Position numbers and translations under genes: made by a program
DNA from: Promethearchaeota archaeon
Lineage (GTDB): Archaea; Asgardarchaeota; Lokiarchaeia; Sigyniarchaeales; SOKP01
Assembly (NCBI GenBank): GCA_048940445.1
Contig: JBHLON010000006.1
Coordinates: forward strand, 1-64,000
Direction: 5' to 3'
Length of the DNA stretch: 64,000 nucleotides
Notes under the pieces: model-generated
The model's input: the letters and a program-made list of their open reading frames with translations, nothing else
Databases searched by the model: none
What the model was told of the DNA's origin: nothing
Shown here: positions 59,496-64,000 of the stretch, in pieces
Numbering within the stretch: position 1 is the first letter of the stretch
Layout: the number at the start of each line of letters is the position of its first letter

Positions 59496-60470
59496 ATGGA
59501 ACATCTCCCTAATATTAATCTTATTTCTTCATTATTGAAAAATTATATGTATGAGGTTGATGGTGCAGCAGCTGTTGCGTTATGTGACAGAGACGGTTTC
59601 ATAATAGCCTCCGAAAGCAAGGAAAAGGAAAATCAGGATTCAGATTCTATCATTGGGGCAATTTCAGCATTTTTAGATGTTTATATTGATCGTATTAAAA
59701 GTGAATATAAAACTCAAAGTAATTTTTTCAATATTACCTCACTACAAAATAGAAAATTTGCATATTGTTCAATGGGACATCATTCAATCTTAACCACTAT
59801 TGCTGATCCATCAACTTCTGATGTTGAATTAAAAGTTTACTCTGAGCACATCGCAAGCAAAATCGAAATGTTATTAGAAGGAAATGAAACTGTTTCAATT
59901 GAAATCCCTGAAATAATTCGTGTTTTATCCAAAAGACGAGAAGGTAGATTACCGAAGGGCCAATTTACAGCTAAACTTATACTAACTGGAGACTTTAAAG
60001 TTGGTAAAACTTCTCTGATTAAAAGATTTGTTGAAAATAGCTTTAAGGAGAGTTATATAAGCACCATTGGAGTTGAAATCTCTAAAAAGTCAATATTTCT
60101 GGATGAAGAAGCTAAATTGAACTTTGTGATTTGGGATATAGGTGGTCAAAGCAATCAGAATAGACCTTACCGCCATAGATTTTATGAGGGTGCTAATGCA
60201 GCATTTATCGTAGTTGACAGAACGCGAAGCCATTTAGAAAGCATTAAGGTCTGGCATAAAGATATAAAAGAGTCAGTTTCAAATCATATTCCAATCGTGC
60301 TAATAGGTAATAAGTCTGATTTGCAAGATCAGATTGTTATTACAGAAGAACAACTAAAGGTTATATCAAAAGAATTAGACCTTCATTATATTCTCACTTC
60401 TGCTAAAACTGGTGAAAATGTGAATGAGGCTTTTTTATATATCGCTTATAGATTTATAGAAAAAGTATAA
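59496..60470 (+). CDS. Roadblock/LC7 domain fused to Rab-like small GTPase
   Basis: N-terminal VDGAAAVALCDRDGFIIAS roadblock signature; GDFKVGKTS, STIGVE, WDIGGQ, GNKSD, TSAKTG. Confidence 0.9.
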   Translation: MEHLPNINLISSLLKNYMYEVDGAAAVALCDRDGFIIASESKEKENQDSDSIIGAISAFLDVYIDRIKSEYKTQSNFFNITSLQNRKFAYCSMGHHSILTTIADPSTSDVELKVYSEHIASKIEMLLEGNETVSIEIPEIIRVLSKRREGRLPKGQFTAKLILTGDFKVGKTSLIKRFVENSFKESYISTIGVEISKKSIFLDEEAKLNFVIWDIGGQSNQNRPYRHRFYEGANAAFIVVDRTRSHLESIKVWHKDIKESVSNHIPIVLIGNKSDLQDQIVITEEQLKVISKELDLHYILTSAKTGENVNEAFLYIAYRFIEKV

Positions 60471-60571
60471 ATAGATTTAAAATAGCTTTTTTAATTTGAT
60501 GAATTATTCTAATTTAATCAAGTGAATAGTTTATAAAAAAATAAATAAAATTACAAGGAGGTTATAAAAAA

Positions 60572-61501
60572 ATAGTACTAAAAGTAGCCTTCAATGAGAT
60601 TTTTGCTACTTGAAATACAGCCGGATATCTTATGGGATTTTCGATCAAAGAACTGACATTTAAGGGAAAATATCTACTATATTTGACACAAAAGGAGATG
60701 GCGGGTCCATGGTTTAGCTTTAAACTGACAGGTAAAAATGTGGGTATTATTCCAGTAATTTTAAAAAATATTGAACCTGCGCCAATCTATAAAATGGTTA
60801 ACACTCGAACTGGTACTCTAATTGATAGAATCACACTCGATTTTGATATCAAGGAATATTTGATGAAGTTAATAAGGGAAGAAAAAATAAAGCCATTAAA
60901 ATTAACGAAACAGCATTCTCTCATCCGTTTATACATTGATGTATTTAATCGCCCAAAAGTTCCTTACATTAACACATTTTTTACGTTGAAGAATATCTCA
61001 GATTATGATTTAATTGATTTTTCGATGTATTTTGTTTTTGATTTTGATATCAATGGTCTCGAGGGTTTTGATAACGATTTTTCGGGATATGATGATGATA
61101 ATGATATTATATACCAATATGACAACACGGGATTATACGCGGGTTTCTCACCAATTTCTCGTTCAACTAACTATGAAACCTGTTTGACTAAAGATTTTAA
61201 GATTGATCATACAAAACTGAATTTATCAAACAAGACTCATGATGGAGCAGGAGAAATCTTATCCGCACTACAAATTAAATTTCAAACCTTAACTCCTGAT
61301 CATTCATTTCAAACAGCATTGACCATCTCAGGAGGATTAAGTAAAGAAGAGTTAGTCCAAAACATTAAGGAAGGAAAAATTAATGCAATAAAGTATCTCT
61401 CCCAAGTTAACAGATCAATTAAATCAGAGCAAAGAAATTTGCAGGAAGAAGCATTTTTGAAAATAAATCTTCAAGAAGGAGTCGATTGTAATCAAAAATA
61501 A
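60572..61501 (+). CDS. Hypothetical beta-rich protein; candidate selenoprotein (UGA at 60611-60613, residue 14); ORF track starts it at 60632
   Basis: GGAGGT 9 nt before in-frame ATA; single in-frame TGA; SECIS-like hairpin directly after the stop. Confidence 0.6.
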
Positions 61502-61576
61502 ATCCGAAATAATGATTCAAATAAAAAAATCAGTTAAGAAAGTTATTTGATGAATACTCTGCGCGAGTGAGGATTT
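61500..61576 (+). promoter_or_regulatory. Eukaryote/Loki-type SECIS-like element
   Basis: AUGA-U core (61512-16), 8-bp stem UCAAAUAA/UUAUUUGA, unpaired AAAAA at the loop 5' side, U-GA-A (61551-54), basal AAAUCC/GGAUUU. Confidence 0.65.
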
Positions 61577-61587
61577 TAACATATTTA

Positions 61588-62070
61588 CTAAGCTCTAAGA
61601 GTAGCAATCATGATTTTCTCATCTAAGAGGAAATCAATTGCATCAATAATCTTTGTAAAAATTATGTCACTATTTAGTAGAGTTTGCTGTGTAGAGCCTT
61701 CTTCACCTATTATTGCAATTCCAATAATTGCATTTTTTAGCATTAGATTATCATTAATCCCATTTCCAATGGTTACAGTTTCACCTTTACCTAATTTCAA
61801 TAATTCATTATTCTTGGCTTCTGCTTCTGATGTAGTGGGTGATGAGATTCTAATATAATTTACCTGTAGAATTTTAGCAAGTTCATTAAGATTTCCCCGA
61901 GTATCTGCAGAGATCAAATAAATGTTATAAAATTTTTTTAATTTTTTAATGCGCTTAATGATTTTTCTAGATACACGCCCTTTAAATTGAATTGTGCCAT
62001 TTACATCAAAAATGACATTTGAAATTGTAATTTTACCATAATTAGGAATATCTATGATTCTCATAAGCAT
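61588..62070 (-). CDS. Soluble P-type ATPase-like HAD phosphatase
   Basis: FDVNGTI, SADTRG, K, IGNGIND, TLR C-terminus. Confidence 0.85.
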   Translation of the reverse strand: MLMRIIDIPNYGKITISNVIFDVNGTIQFKGRVSRKIIKRIKKLKKFYNIYLISADTRGNLNELAKILQVNYIRISSPTTSEAEAKNNELLKLGKGETVTIGNGINDNLMLKNAIIGIAIIGEEGSTQQTLLNSDIIFTKIIDAIDFLLDEKIMIATLRA

Positions 62071-62083
62071 ATAAACCTTTATC

Positions 62084-63289
62084 CTAAATAAAAAGATTTG
62101 TAAAGTCAAATTTTTCAGATATCATTTCTAGAAATTGTATTATTTGTACAGACTTGTTAGAATTAATCTCATTAATATAATCTTTTACTTTATGGAAAAC
62201 TGCTTGAGTCGATTTAATAACAATTATATATTCAGAGAATTTATCCCAATTAGGTTTTTTCCTCAAAAAATTTTGTACAGTATTCTCCCTTAGCTTAGTA
62301 TCAATTTCTTTTTTGATCTCTTCTTTTGTTAGATTGGAACCTTCGATGAATAAATAATCTAAAATTATTCTTTTATTATTTTCATGTTGGAGAGCGATAA
62401 TTCCCTTCTGTTTTTGTTCTTCCCAGAGGATTTTGAAATCCTTCATTTGAGATTTTTTGAATAAAATGTATAATAAGTAATGAAAATCTTTAAAGTAACC
62501 AGTATATGCTTCCTTTACCTTATTCAAGATAATAGAATGAAAATTCTTATTAACCTCATAGCCAATACTCTTTCGAGACAAAGATTTCGCCACTTTTAAT
62601 GTAGTTCCTGAACCTACAAAGGGATCTAATACAGTATCTCCAATAAAGGAAAACATCCGTATCAATCTATAAGGCAATTCTTCTGGAAACATAGCGATAT
62701 GTTCTTTTTGTATAACTCCCGGAAAGTTCCAATGCCCGATAAACCATTTTTTCCATTCACTAAGAGATATTTTCGACATTTCTTTTATAATAATGTCAAC
62801 TTTTCTTCCCTTTCCGTGAGCTTTTTTAAAAATTAATATATGTTCATAGTCGTATGTTAACAACCCATTACGAGGATAATATATAGAACCCATTAGAGAA
62901 CACCCACCCGTAGTATTAGTGGTACTAACTTTTTGCCAGATAATATCACCCAGATAATCAAACCCGACCTTCTGGCAATCCTCGATTATCTTGTTGGCAA
63001 CGGATAAAATACGATATCTCCCATATTCTGTGGTTCTTAGATATTGATCCCCAACATTTATAGCCATTCGGCAATGAGGTTCAAGCACACGATAACATTC
63101 GTGCCATACTTGATTCAATCTCTCAAAATAGGTCTCAAATGAATCTGAAAAACCAATTTGAGTATCTATACCATAATCTTTTATTTTTCCATAGGGAGGT
63201 GAAGTAATTATAAACTGGATAGAGTTATCCTTCAACTCATGCATATGTTCAGAAGATTTAAAATAAACAATAGGTTCTTCAATCTTCAT
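62084..63289 (-). CDS. Beta-class amino (probably N4-cytosine) DNA methyltransferase
   Basis: ITSPPY motif IV precedes DPFVGSGTT motif I; HIAMFPEELP; extra C-terminal domain. Confidence 0.88.
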   Translation of the reverse strand: MKIEEPIVYFKSSEHMHELKDNSIQFIITSPPYGKIKDYGIDTQIGFSDSFETYFERLNQVWHECYRVLEPHCRMAINVGDQYLRTTEYGRYRILSVANKIIEDCQKVGFDYLGDIIWQKVSTTNTTGGCSLMGSIYYPRNGLLTYDYEHILIFKKAHGKGRKVDIIIKEMSKISLSEWKKWFIGHWNFPGVIQKEHIAMFPEELPYRLIRMFSFIGDTVLDPFVGSGTTLKVAKSLSRKSIGYEVNKNFHSIILNKVKEAYTGYFKDFHYLLYILFKKSQMKDFKILWEEQKQKGIIALQHENNKRIILDYLFIEGSNLTKEEIKKEIDTKLRENTVQNFLRKKPNWDKFSEYIIVIKSTQAVFHKVKDYINEINSNKSVQIIQFLEMISEKFDFTNLFI

Positions 63290-63329
63290 TCTATTGCTTA
63301 TATTAAGCCTTAAAACCTTATTAAAATTT

Positions 63330-64000
63330 TTAATTAGAAACTTGAGTAAAATAACCAACGATCCTTAATTTATTCTCAAATTTATTAAGATCTGAGATAA
63401 TTCCTATTAATCCGTCACCATTATGATACAGGAGTTTATCAAACTTAAGAATCGCTTCTCCAGTTTCTCCAGGATATAATTCTGCACCAGATGTAAATTT
63501 AAAAGGAGAAAACTTAACATCGACCAAAGCATTAAATTGGACACCGTTCCCTGGTTTAATATATTTATCTTTAGGTTTGAAAAACTCATTGAGGTGTATA
63601 TTCGCTTTTATTTCGGTTTCTGGTCGATATGTACCATGAGTGACTAAAAAATTGTCTCTACTTATCTCATTTGGAGCTATATTTCCTTTAAGAGCTAATC
63701 CAACCCTATCTCCCGCATAAGCTACTTTAAAATCACGATCGTGTTTTTGGATGTTACGGACTATTACTTTTTTGCTAGGTCCATCATAACCTGATAAATC
63801 CAACATCTGACCAACTGTAACCTCCCCTTCTTTAACAATACCTAAAATAACGGTTCCTATTCCTTTAACTGGAAAAGCATGATCGATAAGAATCTTCGTA
63901 ACATTACTCCTTTGAGGCTTTTCTCCTAATATATTTAACCCTAGTTTGATAATTTTTAATTTTAGTTTATGATAATCTTCTTTACTATTAATCTCAAATA
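63330..64000 (-). CDS. SelB-like (EF-Tu domain II/III) translation factor, 5' end outside the window
   Basis: IDHAFPVKGIGTVILG, IQKHD, GDRVGLALKG; frame open to the window edge; ends after domain III. Confidence 0.75.
   Translation of the reverse strand, partial: FEINSKEDYHKLKLKIIKLGLNILGEKPQRSNVTKILIDHAFPVKGIGTVILGIVKEGEVTVGQMLDLSGYDGPSKKVIVRNIQKHDRDFKVAYAGDRVGLALKGNIAPNEISRDNFLVTHGTYRPETEIKANIHLNEFFKPKDKYIKPGNGVQFNALVDVKFSPFKFTSGAELYPGETGEAILKFDKLLYHNGDGLIGIISDLNKFENKLRIVGYFTQVSN

Noticed and set aside
2927-63589. Many short ORFs nested in or antisense to long genes (e.g. 2927, 5968, 6538, 8065, 9160, 14726, 15759, 16545, 19395, 28321, 41430, 43850, 49739, 51302, 55401, 61610, 63407)
   Set aside because: Shadows of well-supported CDSs with no motifs of their own
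63330-64000. Calling this gene selB/EFSec
   Set aside because: No domain IV and the G-domain is outside the window; better described as SelB-like
1-64000. CRISPR arrays, rRNA, IS elements, prophage genes
   Set aside because: No regular repeat-spacer pattern, rRNA-like block, transposase or viral hallmark gene detected

Overview
AT-rich archaeal chromosomal segment that looks like an Asgard archaeon of the Lokiarchaeia (Promethearchaeota). This is inferred from its eukaryotic-signature proteins (Arf-like GTPase, Roadblock-Rab fusion, gelsolin domain, several longin-like domains), its Loki-CTERM-like IPG[FY] anchors, NreA, DUF2070 and DUF166. Routine content: a tungstate uptake plus molybdopterin cluster (tupABC-moaC-moaA-moaD-moaE-moeA-moaB-moeA), a FabH-like/acyl-CoA synthetase/hydrolase cluster, an ABC exporter pair, CorA, a P1B ATPase, two orphan DNA methyltransferases, tRNA-Leu(CAG) and a partial SelB-like factor. 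The most interesting signals concern translational recoding and are invisible to the ORF track. (1) A candidate new selenoprotein at 60572-61501: strong SD, AUA start, in-frame UGA at codon 14, and a eukaryote-type AUGA...GA SECIS-like hairpin right after the stop. (2) A G_GAU_UUU -1 slippery site that would fuse a MoxR AAA+ ATPase to its vWA partner. (3) Repeated apparent AUA initiation 7-9 nt after SD motifs. Also found: two ModE-like operator boxes, tandem 7TM-longin receptor-like proteins, two unannotated paralogous microproteins, and a diverged duplicate of the P1B-ATPase 3' end. All family calls are from motif recognition by eye; no searches were run.
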